A stretch of 64,000 bases of DNA from Octopus vulgaris (lineage: Eukaryota). Positions 14,421-27,740 of this stretch are shown here, in pieces. The stretch is taken from positions 21,514,001-21,578,000 of the forward strand of contig OX597817.1 in NCBI GenBank assembly GCA_951406725.2, written 5' to 3'. The notes beneath the pieces are model-generated. The model saw only the letters and a program-made list of their open reading frames with translations. It did not search any database and had not been told where the DNA came from. How positions within the stretch are numbered: position 1 is the stretch's first letter; each line of letters opens with the position of its first letter. Position numbers and translations under genes: made by a program.

Positions 14421-16940
14421 GCCTCTAATTTTTCTGAAGATGGTGACATGCTCCGAATAGATGCCAAACGTAGTGGACTCCGACAAATATATCCAAGAGT
14501 TACGTGTCGGTTTTTTGTGGGATTACAGATTCTAATTTGGGTAAATGGTGCCATGAATCTAAAAAACGCGAAATTAGTTTTACTTCAATCAAATATTCGT
14601 TTTTAGTTCGGATGTTTATAACAATATTTCATATTTATCTAATTAGGTTTTTCTTATTTACTCCTACTCCTTTCCACTGGTCTAACTCGAGTTAAGTTTT
14701 CATGGGAAAATATAAGCCGCGCTTGTGAGGTTCGCGAATAGTTATCGACCTATTTGTTTTGGCCTTACAAATGTTTGAACCAATGGTGGATATCATGCTG
14801 TTTTTCTTTCCCCTTTGATCTTACTAGATATCATGGAGCTGCAATTTATAAAAAAAAAAATTATTCACTTGTCTCACTTCTCTTTCCCATTCTCTGTATC
14901 TCTCTGCCCCTCTCTCTTTATCTCACCCTCTCTCTCTCTCTCTTCTTCCCCATCTTTCCCGCGTTCTCAATCTCTTTTCTCCTCCTCTTCTGGTTCTTCG
15001 GACTACATTAGTTTCTCGATAATTCAAATCATCTTGACAGGAATTTAATATTAAACGAAAGAAAGACTACTTATTTTTTCACTTTATATATTTATCGCAA
15101 GACATAGTCTTACAATTCGAGCGGATGACAGCATAATAGATGAGGCACGGTATACGTAAGTCCTTGAACATTTTCGAATTGTAGCTTTGCAAAATATATT
15201 TCCCCACGAATGTAAAAATTAACGAATCAACGATCTGTGATAAGCAGACGTTATGTATAAAGGTAGCTGAAATTTGCTAAGGGGCACATATTTAAAAGAA
15301 AATACAGTGTAGGATATATGACACGTTTCTGTCTATTTCGAAGCAGTTGAACAAGTCATGGCAGTACTGTTAAATAATATTATGAACCAAGTTTAACAAT
15401 TTACATTTGAGAAACACAATTTGTTTAAAATGTATGCTTCCTTAGTATTTAAGTATTATTCCTTTACGGGCGGTAACATAGTCCAAATCAAAGAAATGAA
15501 ACTGAATCTCTCTCAGCAGAATAAGGAAGCCAGCTGTACAGAATTTGATGAACAAGAATTTTTTACGAGAGGAAGAGATTGGAGTTGGCTGGATGATCAT
15601 ATAAAATATTTGTTAATCTTCAACACATAGAGATATTAATAAATGATAGCATTACCCATTGAAGCTATATATTGGGTGAATCACATCAAATTTCTATGCT
15701 TCAGTTATTTGTATGTGTTTGTTATTTTCGTTGTTTGACTTCAATTTTTAATGTACTAATATAAATTTCCAATTTTATTCTCGACCAAAATATATTTCAT
15801 TTCTTTATATGAATCTTAATTTCTTACATCAATTTAAATGCTCAAAATCTGAAAATATCAGTTTTGAAATATACTCTGTTCCTTTAAGCATTTAATAACT
15901 TTAACTTAATTGTCTGTTGGATTTTCTCAAGTGTTATGCTATTTGCAAACCTTGACAGAGTTCCACCAGACAATTCCAAATAGCATCACAGATTAAAATA
16001 TTTTCATAATATATTTGACGAAACTAAATCTTCAATCAAACAATATTAATGTTACTTCTGCATAACCATTACCATATTAAAATATATTATTATTGAATAT
16101 TTAATTGCAATTGGAGAAAACTTATATATTTTGGAAATGTGTAATCTTTCAGACTTTTGTATGTAAGATAATTATTAGTTGTGAGTGTTATATCTCTCAG
16201 TTAATTAAAACCTATCACTAAATTAAATCTTTCTTGATATACGTGTATATTAGCCCAAATTGTACTATTTGAGTATATCATATCGCTTCTAGAGAAATAC
16301 CTAATCTCTACTACTGAATGTTTAAAACATTAAATGGACAAAAGAAAATCCCTCAAAAGAGCCAATTAATGAAAATATATACGTTTAATTACGATGTACA
16401 GAATGACATGCAGATAATTCACAATTTATTCAAATAAAAAAATGCCTTTGTGTAGGTGTTAGCAATTCTCAAAGTAAAAATACGAGGTAATTCGAGAATA
16501 CAATAAATTGCAAAAATAAATTTACGCTAGACTAGTGGTGCACGTGGGAAGACAGTATTTTATTAGTGTTCTTTGTATATTGGATGCAGAAATTTTTAGT
16601 TCTTTATAACATCATTTCATTATATTAAAGATTTTGATTAAACTCTTGATTTCTTTGCGCAATTATAATCGTCGTAAGTGTGGTTCTTTAACATGATTCA
16701 TTATCTTAAAAAACATTCAATTATCTCTTCGATTTCGTTCAATAGTTAAGCTCATTTAAAGCGTGACACTTAAAAATGTTTTATTTTATTGAAGGCTTAG
16801 ATTAAGACACGAACACATGTCATGATAAACAAACTGTTATTTTACGTTCTTAGCGAAAACTCTGAATGTCAATCTCCCAATAGTTATAACTTACTAGCTC
16901 ATCCACTCCATCTTTCTTTCTCTCTCTGTATATATATATT

Positions 16941-16991
<51 letters not shown>

Positions 16992-18232
16992 TTTCCTATC
17001 TCTCTCTCAATCTCTGTCTCTCTTTCACTCTCTCTCTCTCTACTAATCTCTATCTATTTCTCTCGCTCCTCTCTCTCTCTCTCTCTCTCTCACTTTCACT
17101 TCTTTTATATCTACAATGGATTAGCGACTTCACTCAACCAATCGTTATCATACAGCACTGAAATAATAAGAAATGTCCATATTATAACGAATTTGCTGAT
17201 GTTTTCCTCGTTGCTTTATAGCTTCTGATCAGCTTTGATCAAGCCAATAGGCATGGACATTGGCATAACCTCCATAACCACACCACATTTCTTTCTAGCA
17301 TAATGTGTTCCAAATTACTCCAGATGTCAGCTTATGATTTCATGAAGTTCGAATAATATGCTCAACAAGACATTGAACGTAGCTTTCGGAGTAAACCAAA
17401 GAGCGACAGCGAAAGAAACAATATTTGAACGCAGTGCACAACGCGCATCTAAACCGGTAGCTTACAGCTGCCACCGAATTACAACCAAAATATTTCTAAA
17501 AAAGAAGGTATAAATATCATGTACATTTATGTTTGGAAAACCACGGGAGTTCTCGAATTTTGGCAGGTTTAACGGCAAGGTTTCCTCTTTGTACTAGGAA
17601 ATGAACGATTCTTAGACTGCTAGGTGGACCTAAATAAACTTAATACCAAATTTGAATACTAATCACACTATACCATGGAAAAATGTGTAAAGGGCATATT
17701 ACATATGTCCACAGTACATTACAGTCAAAAAGTAGACGAGAGGATCCCATATGATAGTCTATTTATCTTTGGGCATCTCATTCACGTTAAACTTAGTGCA
17801 ATGATATCTATGGAGATACGATGTTACTAGTCTTATAAGATTTACCTTACGGACTGTGGCCATACTATGTACGACTAGTAAAAATATGGTAAATATTGGT
17901 ATGTATGCCCTATACAAATAGTCTATACAAATGTCTATACAAAATGATATAAAAATTCTGCAGATATTTTGACTTGAAAGAACTTACATTCGGAACGATC
18001 AAAGTGTCTTTGAACTCGCCGATAGATAAGAGCAGAGCCGTTTAAAAGAAAGACAAGTCCAATGAAAACAGGTAGCATTACGTTATATAATGCATAACTT
18101 TATGCCAATTAAAACGCAAATATATCGGGTTCATTCTTTGTGTTACAATGGTGTATGGCACGTTAATCATATAAAAAAATTGACATTTCGCTTAAAGATG
18201 TAATAAATATATATTTATTCTTCAATGTAATT

Positions 18233-18445
18233 GTTTATTTCAGTTGTTGGCACATGGCTAGCAATTTAGGGGATAATTCGATTACATCGGCCCTTGTGTT
18301 CAAATCGTGCATATTTTATCTACCCCAAAATTATGACAGGCAAAATAACCGTGGGCAGCATTTGATCATAGAACATCAAGTCGAAAGAAGAGCCGCTAAG
18401 CATTTTTCTCAGCGCGGTAATAATTCTCTCAACTCGCTGCCTTAG
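18233..18445 (-). mobile_element. Old SINE family A copy with target-site duplication
   Basis: Degenerate family A reverse complement ending CTCGCTGCCTTA. Flanks TCTTCAATGTAATT (18219-18232) and TCTTCAATGTGATT (18446-18459). Confidence 0.75.
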
Positions 18446-18709
18446 TCTTCAATGTGATTAGTAGACAGTGTAATTCTAAAATAATATTATGCTTATTAAT
18501 TTCTCGCTTTTCAACGATTATGATCTGTACATAAAATACTATTGCTAATACGTAATTTGTAGATTGAAGTTACATATTTCCGCTCTTAGACAAGTACTTG
18601 CACAATCCCAGACAAAACATCACGTGGACTTGGGTGCACTTATTGCTATATTTAGACATAACGTCGGAAACATACTTTCCCATACACACTAGTAAATCGG
18701 CACCGCTAC

Positions 18710-19114
18710 TTTTCTTTTCTTTTGTTTTACTTGTTTCAGTCATTTGACTGCGGCCATGCTGGACCACCGCCTTTAGTCGAGCAAATCGACCCCGGGACTT
18801 ATTCTTTGTAAGCCCAGTACTTATTCCATCGGTCTCTTTTTGCCGAACCGCTAAGTTACGGGGACGTAAACACGCCAGCATCGGTTGTCAAGCAATGCTT
18901 GGGTGACAAACACAGACATACACACACACATACACATAAATACATATATACGACAGGCTTCTTTCAGTTTCCGTCTACCAAATCCACTCACAAGGCATTG
19001 GTCGGCCCGGGGCTATAGCAGAAGACACTTGCCCAAGATGCCATGCAGTGGGACTGAACCCGGAACCACGTGGTTAGTTAGCAAGCTACTTACCACACAG
19101 CCAGTCCTACGCCT
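18710..19114 (-). mobile_element. Full-length tRNA-derived SINE family B
   Basis: Minus strand AGGCGTAGGACTGGCTGTGTGGTAAG (A-box)...GGGTTCAGTCCC (B-box)...CTTGGGCAAGTGTCTTCT, internal (TG)n tract, tail TGACTGAAACAAGTAAAA. Collinear with 29603-30017. Confidence 0.93.
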
Positions 19115-20974
19115 GATGAAACTTTAATGGCTTTTACACAACTAACACTTAGATGACTATTAAATGGATCGTATCCGATATTTATACAGATTGACCATGT
19201 CTTAAACTCCTGTCTCACAAACAGTACCCAGTTCTTTTGGTTTATTGACAAAAATAATCCAAACGATCTTTTAAGAAACTGTGTTTCCAACACTTCATAA
19301 CTATGATATTTCTCTAAACAATATTCTTGGCGCGAAGGCATATGAATATACGTTTTTATACCTCCTTTGCAGAAAAAAAAACTACATACAATTCAAATTA
19401 CATCGGATTTTTTTCTTTCCTCAACAATAAGCTAATTAACGCAAAACAAACTCGCCATGTATGCAAAGTATGTAAACAACTCCAGTGGCTTGAAAGCAGC
19501 AAGCCACCCACCCTCATAATGTCATTGAAATACAATCAAAATATGTGCACTAAAGTTAGAATCTATAGAGAATAGAGACTTCAATTCGCATGTCTATCTC
19601 TCTCGCCTCAGTCTCTGTCTCTCTCCTTTGTCTCACTCTCTCTCTCTCTCTTTCATTATATATCCTCTTCTTTGGAGGTATGCTACAGTGTGTTGCATTC
19701 CTCAAAAATGCATCATTCAGCAAATTTCGTTCCACCCTACACACAATAACAGTGACGCAGATTTTTGTATCACTTTGAAGAACTCTCTTACTCCACAATT
19801 ACCAACAGTACGGATTTCGAAAAATCCGAGCCCCACGAGCCTAACAGCTATACGTCATTCATGCATTAGAGAAATTTTGTTGGAAATAAAGTTGATTGAC
19901 ATCAACATGAATACAAATCTCTTCTATGTCTAGTACACATATTTCCTGGATAAACCATCCGCTTATAGACCTCACCCAACATACGTAATTTTAACAGTGG
20001 ATTCAAATAAATGACATGCCGTCATCCCGAACAAGGCCAACAACACTTCTTTTCCAAGTTGCCCTCCAAACTGAGAACATATACTAGATTCCCTATACTT
20101 ATCTTAGCTGGCTCCAAATGACTACTAAAACTTCCACATATAGGGTCCTACAAATCTTGTGTGATCATTGTCGCCCTCATAATCATTATCGTTATGATGG
20201 TCGTTCAATGGTTACAACAATTTCTGCACATACGAAGGAAATGATACGTCAAACAGCGAAAAACACAAAATTGTACAAGTCGTAGCTATTCCGGGAGATC
20301 GTATCGTTGCTTATAAAATATTCAGTTCATAATTGATTGCTCTATTTCTATGTCCAAAAGGAATTGACGTAGCTAATTAAAGGCATTCCCTACAATATAT
20401 CTATTTTTCTATGCACTTGTCTCTCTATAAATTTACATAATATGTTTGTGTGCATGTGTATGTGTATTTGTGGTGTGTGTGGATAACATCAACGAAGACA
20501 AGTATACAAACACATGTATACTGGATTCCACATACACCATAGAGAGATAGATAAATAAACATGCACGCACATATATAACACACTCATGAACACACATATA
20601 TGTATGCATAAGTATATAAAAATGCATACAGCATAGCAGTAATATATGTGCGAATATATAAAAAGTATTCAAATACTTCAACTGATCTCTTAACGTCCTT
20701 CTCAGACAGAATTTATTTATTTTACTAGCATATCATTCTGTTCCAAACCGATACTAATATCCATAAATAAATGTGATACTTTAAGTAGATTAAGAACCTC
20801 CTCATATATTGCGGTGAGTTGACATGCTAGGAACTGTACAATGCCATTGGATGAACAAAATGATGTATTCACTTAACTTTCTTTAATTTCCTCTGCCTTG
20901 AATTATTTATTTTGTTTCATTTTCTCCCTTACCCAGCACCGACCGTAACTTACAGCAACGCAATCATGAATGCT

Positions 20975-21190
20975 AACAGACCATCACCATCATAATCATC
21001 ATCGTCGTCGTCGTCTTCACCGCCCTCGTTGAACTCCATGTTGTCATCCTCATCATCCTCATCATCACCATAATAATCATGCACTTCAGCATCATCCTGC
21101 ACGTCTTTCACATCATCATGGTCGTCTTCGTCGTCCTGCTCATACACATCCCCTCCTCCCCATCATCATCATCATCACCATCATCAGTGA
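20975..21190. repeat. Degenerate (CAT/CGT)n trinucleotide low-complexity tract
   Basis: Direct reading; produces a poly-Asp-like ORF on the minus strand. Confidence 0.8.
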
Positions 21191-21417
21191 TGTAGTATAG
21201 AGACGCCAAGTTCAAGAATTTTTCTCCGTTTACTTCGGCAGGAAAATCAAGTTCGTAAGACGTTTTTTTTTAAAGAATTTTGGAATATTTCCAAAGATAG
21301 ATGAAATTATCTGACATTCCGATTTTTGTAAGCAATGTTTATGCAATGATTCAACTCTGAAAGAAACGAATATTCTTATCACACATGCGCAGGAATATAA
21401 ACAATTGGACACGTATA

Positions 21418-21419
<2 letters not shown>

Positions 21420-21508
<89 letters not shown>

Positions 21509-21715
21509 GTATGTATATACAAACGCATGTATGTACATGTGTTTATGCATGTATACACACACACAAATATGCATACGTATCTACATATATATGTGTGTTT
21601 TGTGTCTGATTGTCTAAGTGTGTGAATGTGTGCGTGAGTGGACAAATAGAAAAAAATATATGATAGATTGGAAGGGATACACATAAACATGAAGATGTAT
21701 ACTTTAAGTATACAT

Positions 21716-21765
<50 letters not shown>

Positions 21766-21814
21766 ATGTGCGTATAGACTGACAGGCAACTAGATATATA
21801 AGTAGATATCTATG

Positions 21815-21859
<45 letters not shown>

Positions 21860-21973
21860 GTGTGCGTATACATACATATATAGATAAATATAGATAGATA
21901 AGCAAATAGATATATAGATAAACAAATAGATAGATAAACAAATAGATAGATAAACAAATAGATAGATAGACAA

Positions 21974-22054
<81 letters not shown>

Positions 22055-22090
22055 CAAACACAGATACATAGTTAGATAGAGAGATAGATC
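21420..22090. repeat. Microsatellite cluster: (TA)n, (TG)n, (GATA)n
   Basis: Direct reading. Confidence 0.95.
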
Positions 22091-23488
22091 TTTTGGCATA
22101 ATTTCATGCTTTCCAAATATAGTTATAAATATTCTGAAGCTTATGAAAAGCAATAATAATGTTAATTCTTTTAGAACGAAAGAATAAATGAAATGATAAA
22201 AGGAAAATAGTGGAGGTATGTTTATACATATGTAAATGTGAGTTATTGAACGGGTGAAAATGTGAGCAACAATGGGGATAAAAAACGAACGAATAGAGAC
22301 GATGAGACAAAGGTAGAAAAAGCAAAGGACATAACCGTTTCATATATATATATGTGTGTATGTATCTATGTATGTATATGTATATATGTATAACTGGCAC
22401 TTTATCAAAATGGCTGAATTGTTAAAGAATAGGTTATGTTTTGTCTATTTCATTTGTATTTTCCTTGGGTGTTACAATAAATATTGAACACATTAATAAT
22501 ACAGATGTAAAACAAAGGCAAACAAATATATAATTAATAATAAAAATAACAATAGTAGTAATAATAATAATAATAATAATAACAACAGCAGCAGCAGTAG
22601 TAGTAGTAGTGGTGGTGGTATTAGTAGTAATAACAGCAACAACAGCAGCAATAATGATAATAATAACGAACAATAATGGTAATAATAGCATCAGTATAAC
22701 TGAAGAAATAGTTGAATATATTACAATGTGTATCGGGGGGGGGAGCAAAGAGAGATAGAGAGAAAAGCATAAGCGCAATATAGTGTCCAAAATATCGTAT
22801 CACCTAATTGTTACCTTTAATTAGTTGTGTCCATGACAATTCGGTTATTTAACGTTGCCAATGTCTCTCTCGTTGATTATCTCACGGTTATACTCACCAG
22901 ATTAAACAACTTATATCGGTGAGTTATATACATTTTTATCAACAACAACTGAGACATTTTTTAATTCCATCTGTTGATGTTATATTGATATAACCTTTAT
23001 AGTATTTCTTTTGTTTCTTTTGTTTTGCTGCAATGTGGCTTTTATCGACGTTAATACTTTTTTTTATGTTTTTATGAAGTCTCTCCCGTTGTCTGCTTTA
23101 TCGGTCTTGTTAGCTCTGATCTATTTTGTTTGGACGGACCAATGACCCTCAGGGTGCTACTTCAACAATTATACGTGAACACTTTTTCCTCTCAAGTATG
23201 TAGCAAAGTCCATTATACGTATATAAACAATAATACAATAATACAGTATTAAAAAGTTCAGTAACTTATATTTTCCAAAATTGTAGCCGGTTAGAGAAAG
23301 AGTGGAGGAACAGAAATGTTCCTGACTTTTGAGAAAAGCAAAGTACAGGAGGTTCAGTTGGCTATCATTTTATTCAGCATATTCCCCTCTCAGATTCACA
23401 CATTTATGGCAGCTGTCTTTCAAAATTTCTTATCTTTGTAAAAAAAACTTGGAAGTTTGGCCTTCAACCAGGCCTTTCCCGACACACT

Positions 23489-23644
23489 TAAAATGTAAAA
23501 TCCCAAACTGCAATATTGAACGCCATTTATAAGACGACTGCATGATATATTCGTGTGATTAGTGATGTACTTAACTATGCAGATTCGCCTAATACATGCG
23601 ATAATACATTTCTGCTATTAATTGCGCCAAGGTTTACCTGCATT
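23489..23644 (+). repeat. Left arm of a 156-bp inverted repeat (partner 25526-25681)
   Basis: Manual alignment with the reverse complement of 25526-25681 gives 8 mismatches and no indels. Confidence 0.95.
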
Positions 23645-24166
23645 TACCAGGAACATTTCGATACCCCTTGTATGTGTTACGAAAGTATGTAACATGTTCA
23701 TACTGATCTTTGTATGCGACTATTTGAGTCATTGTTATTAGCATTGCCAAATATGGTAATATATATTAAGCATGATATTACGTGTCTCTCTAATCCATAA
23801 TTATAGGGAGGCCCAAAAGTCACTGAAGGGTTTCAATTCTTGATAACTCGTTCAGTTTTACAAATAAGAGCGTGGACTTTTAATTCTATATAGACAAAAT
23901 GATGATGGAGATTAATTTGCATTAGACCATACTCATCAAAAGTCTGCATTACATTTGCAAAATGACATCTTTTAAATGGCATCCATTTTCAGCTACTCAC
24001 ATCCATGCCCTTTCCCAAATATTTTACATGATAGCTGTAAGGGTTTCAAGGTCCAGTTCTTTCATTTTTCTAGTGATAGTCTCCTTCAAGTGCTCCATGT
24101 ATGGCGTAGTGGTTAAGAGCGCGGGCTACTAGCCCCAAGATTCTGAATTCGATTCTGAGCAGTGAT

Positions 24167-24248
<82 letters not shown>

Positions 24249-24469
24249 GGAAATAGAGGTAACTAGAATGTGGAATCTGAAAACAGAAACAATTCCTATC
24301 ATAGTAGTGCATTATGATAAAAAAATATTCAGACAAATACATAATAATAGGACTTAATAATGAAAATTGCACTACTGACTACATCCTAATAATACCATAA
24401 TCACAACAAATCACAGCACATACCCAAGGACACAGAAGTGAAGTGAAAGCAATAATAAAAATAAAACTA

Positions 24470-24472
<3 letters not shown>
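24249..24472 (+). mobile_element. 3' end of an R4/Dong-type RLE retrotransposon inserted into the SINE (AAT)n tract
   Basis: From 24250 it translates EIEVTRMWNLKTETIPIIV, later KIALL. These match the RLE C-terminus pattern (RxW...IPIIVGALG...QKxALLGT). (AAT)n on both sides fits Dong-type TAA targeting. Confidence 0.8.
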
Positions 24473-24519
<47 letters not shown>

Positions 24520-24578
24520 TAATAATAATAATAATAATAATGATAATAATAATAATAATAATGATGATAATAATGATG

Positions 24579-24651
<73 letters not shown>

Positions 24652-24695
24652 CAACAACATCTCAAGATGAGAACCAAGGTTCGAAATCTCCCCAA

Positions 24696-24741
24696 GATAC
24701 CTGATGAAGGCTGGAGGGTATATCAGCCGAAACGTTGTGTT
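24696..24741 (+). ncRNA. Minimal type I hammerhead ribozyme (Penelope-like element style)
   Basis: Stem I GATAC/GTGTT; core CTGATGA (24701-24707) plus one extra A; stem II GGCTG/CAGCC with a 10-nt loop; GAAA (24729-24732); palindromic loopless stem III AACGTT giving a GUU cleavage triplet. Confidence 0.8.
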
Positions 24742-25525
24742 AAGAACAAACAAGATGAGGACAAATATCCGTCAAATGTAAATAATGTATAAGCCTTCTC
24801 CTTGACGTACCTCTACAGGTCAATATTTGTCAAGTCTGGGGAAAGCGATGACCAGTTGACATCGCAGTAGCGAAAGATGATCCTTTCTCCAAAATATTGC
24901 CTCAGCAACCGTATTCTCTCTCTTGTCGTATGAGCCGTTGCTTCATCTTGCTGGAACTACATATCAGACCTCTTTTAAATGGCCGGGCGCAAAAAGGTTC
25001 TCGATCAAGTATCTGTACTACACACCGATCACAATGACAGCATTCCCATCATCGTCCTCAAAGAAATAAGGCCTGATTATGCCATCAACTGTCATTGCGC
25101 ACCATACTGTACTCGTTATGGGGTGCTATTCTCTCTGGTGTTCTCTGGGTTTGAATAATCGCCCTCTGGCTTAGACAGAGTAATTTCACCATTTTGATGC
25201 GTTGTGCGGTACTATATTTCTCTTAAAAGTCCATGAAATCCCTGTCAAGAAATGAAGTCAAAAACTAAAAGAATTATCAAAGATTGCAACGCCTTATTGA
25301 CTTTTGGGTTACCCTATATATGAGGCTGATATTATTTGTATTCTTTATGAATATTGTATTTAAGCGTATGGCATATTTACAACTTCTAATTTTCCTCGTT
25401 ATCTTTTCTGTTGAAATTATCGATGCTGCCAATGACCTGATTTTTTTGTTCACCTTACTATTTATGTTACTGTTACATTTTTGTTCATGTGATGTTTCAA
25501 TAAGCCTTGAAACAGTAACTAACGC

Positions 25526-25681
25526 AATGCAGGAAAATCTTGGCGCAATTAATAGCAGACATGTACTATCGCATGTATTCGGCGAATCTGCATAGTTAAG
25601 TACATCACTAATCACGCGAATATATCATGCAGTCGTCTAATAAATGGCGTTCAATATAGCAGTTTGGGATTTTACATTTTA
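25526..25681 (-). repeat. Right arm of the 156-bp inverted repeat (partner 23489-23644)
   Basis: About 95% identical to the left arm by manual alignment. Confidence 0.95.
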
Positions 25682-27355
25682 TTCTCTGCACAGAGAGTTT
25701 TCTTTAGGATGTAGATTAGCTTCATGTCAAATTTTATCACCAAGACTATGACTAAAAGCCACCCGGCCGTTGTAATGTCATCTTCTTTAGTACATGTAAA
25801 AGTTAAATATCTGAGCTGTGGCTCCTTGATAAAGCATCTGGTTTGATATACGAGATCTTTGGCTGATAATAATAGAAATAATCAAATCCACTCTTTTATT
25901 ACTTTAAAATACGGCCATCACATCAAGAATAATTAATTGTATTCCTCGAAACTCCATGAATGCTTTTATACGAGAACTTCGCAATGTGCTAATTTTTATT
26001 TTGCCAACAAACAATGGTTAAAGTCATACTGGCGTAGACAAAGGTTGAAATATATAACGGTTCGGAGTGATATTGCTATATCGGTAACCTCTTGATATTT
26101 TCTACAAATTGCAGTTTGTAAATTTTTGCATTAATTCTTTTATAGTGAAAATACAGGACTTAATGGAACCCAACTTTGAATTACAACTATAGTCATCTGA
26201 GGTATAATACACAAACTTATTCTTTGGTTCGTGAGTCTGTAGTTGCAAATGCTGCATAAAATAAGCAGGTGTGCTTCTGCAGGTGATACCCATACATTTA
26301 CTTCTCAGCGTTTTCTCCATTTCATATTTTCGTGTATAGTTTCCTAGAGTGCGGATGTTACATATGCCACTCATATTTTTCTCACTATTTAACACAACTA
26401 TTATTTAATTCTGCGACACATATAATATATTTTATAGTTTTATAAACAGGATATCCTAAAGACTAATTTACAAAATGAACTACGCTTGAATTCCCAAAGA
26501 AAATATTTACAAAATATCATACATAATGAAGTATTTCACAGATATGCTCGAAATTAAATCTGATTTCTTCAAAGAAATCTGCATATACTCTACCATATTA
26601 TTTTCGACAGAATACCATAATATGTGTGCCAGAAATAGAGCTAATCTCAAAATTCAATTGAAATATCAAGTATACGTTAAAAAGAAAACCACGAATACAA
26701 TACATCGATTAACGCCGCCTTTGAATCTACACACAATTGTGTATTTAGAAGTAGAGAACTGATCATTTCACAAACCATGCAATACATAGAATATATAAAT
26801 TGATCCTATCTCAGTTTCTTTCTACGGAGTCATATTGTCGATTGATGATTTCATAAAGGGAACATACGATCATAAAGGGAATTGTTATCAGTTAGAGCAC
26901 GGTGATTGCCAGTACTCCTTAACGTGTTAATAATCCATAGTAATGATATTATGTTACATGTCATATCATTTGTATGAGATGAAGTAGAGCGATATCACTT
27001 CAAGGAAAGTTGTAATATCGACCATTTAGATTCACACATATAAACCACTATATTAATATATATTATCGGAGTCTAATATGAATTAACAAATTGTGCAGCG
27101 AAAATTTCAATATTGTAAGAACAATTAAAGTGGGAAAATATAGGAATGCGCTGATACAGATTATTGCAAATTTTTAAAAGGTAAAGTTTAATCATTACAA
27201 TTATTCCAGTGTTATTGGAACTTTGTTAATAACTATGAGCAGTAAATTATATTACGTATTATATCAAATTATACGTCGTAATATCGAAGGATATTTGTAC
27301 AGCTATGAAATTCGCTTCTTAATGATGTGAGTTCGAGTACACTGTAAATATAAAC

Positions 27356-27540
<185 letters not shown>

Positions 27541-27654
27541 ATAGAAAGAATAGTAAGTTGAGTTGGAAATAAGAACAGAAATATATTTTAGAGAGTATTT
27601 GATATTTGAGGAGTCAAAGAGAAAACATTGGGTGCTAATACATACACACATGCA

Positions 27655-27740
<86 letters not shown>

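Larger units (their letters stand above)
24099..24788 (+). mobile_element. tRNA-headed SINE with internal (AAT)n tract and 3' hammerhead ribozyme motif
   Basis: Head TGGCGTAGTGGTTAAGAGCGCGGGCTACTAGCCCCAAGATTCTGAATTCGATTC (A-box, anticodon-like hairpin, B-box), then (AAT)n, then a tail carrying CTGATGA...GAAAC. It interrupts the DD41D transposase. Possible 6-bp duplication ATGTAT (24097-24102 and 24785-24790). Confidence 0.85.
23804..25316 (-). mobile_element. Decayed DD41D (rosa/Visitor-type) Tc1/mariner DNA transposon, internally deleted and interrupted by a SINE
   Basis: Diverged TIRs of about 55 bp, TAGGG(AGG/TAA)CCCAAAAGTCA..., flanked by TA. Minus strand about 25120-24790 gives TVWCAMTVDGIIRPYFFEDDDGNAV and FQQD-EATAHTTRERIRLLRQYFGERIIFRYCDVNWSSLSPDLTNI-D (41 residues between the Asp), then YVKEKAY. 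The C-terminus EHLKETITRKMKEL...ENGCHLKDVIL lies at about 24097-23960. Confidence 0.9.

Noticed and set aside
20950-21147. Acidic poly-Asp ORF
   Set aside because: Degenerate (GAT)n tract with no splice or domain support.
24099-24170. Functional tRNA gene
   Set aside because: No acceptor stem or terminator, and it runs into the SINE body. The same applies to the other SINE heads.
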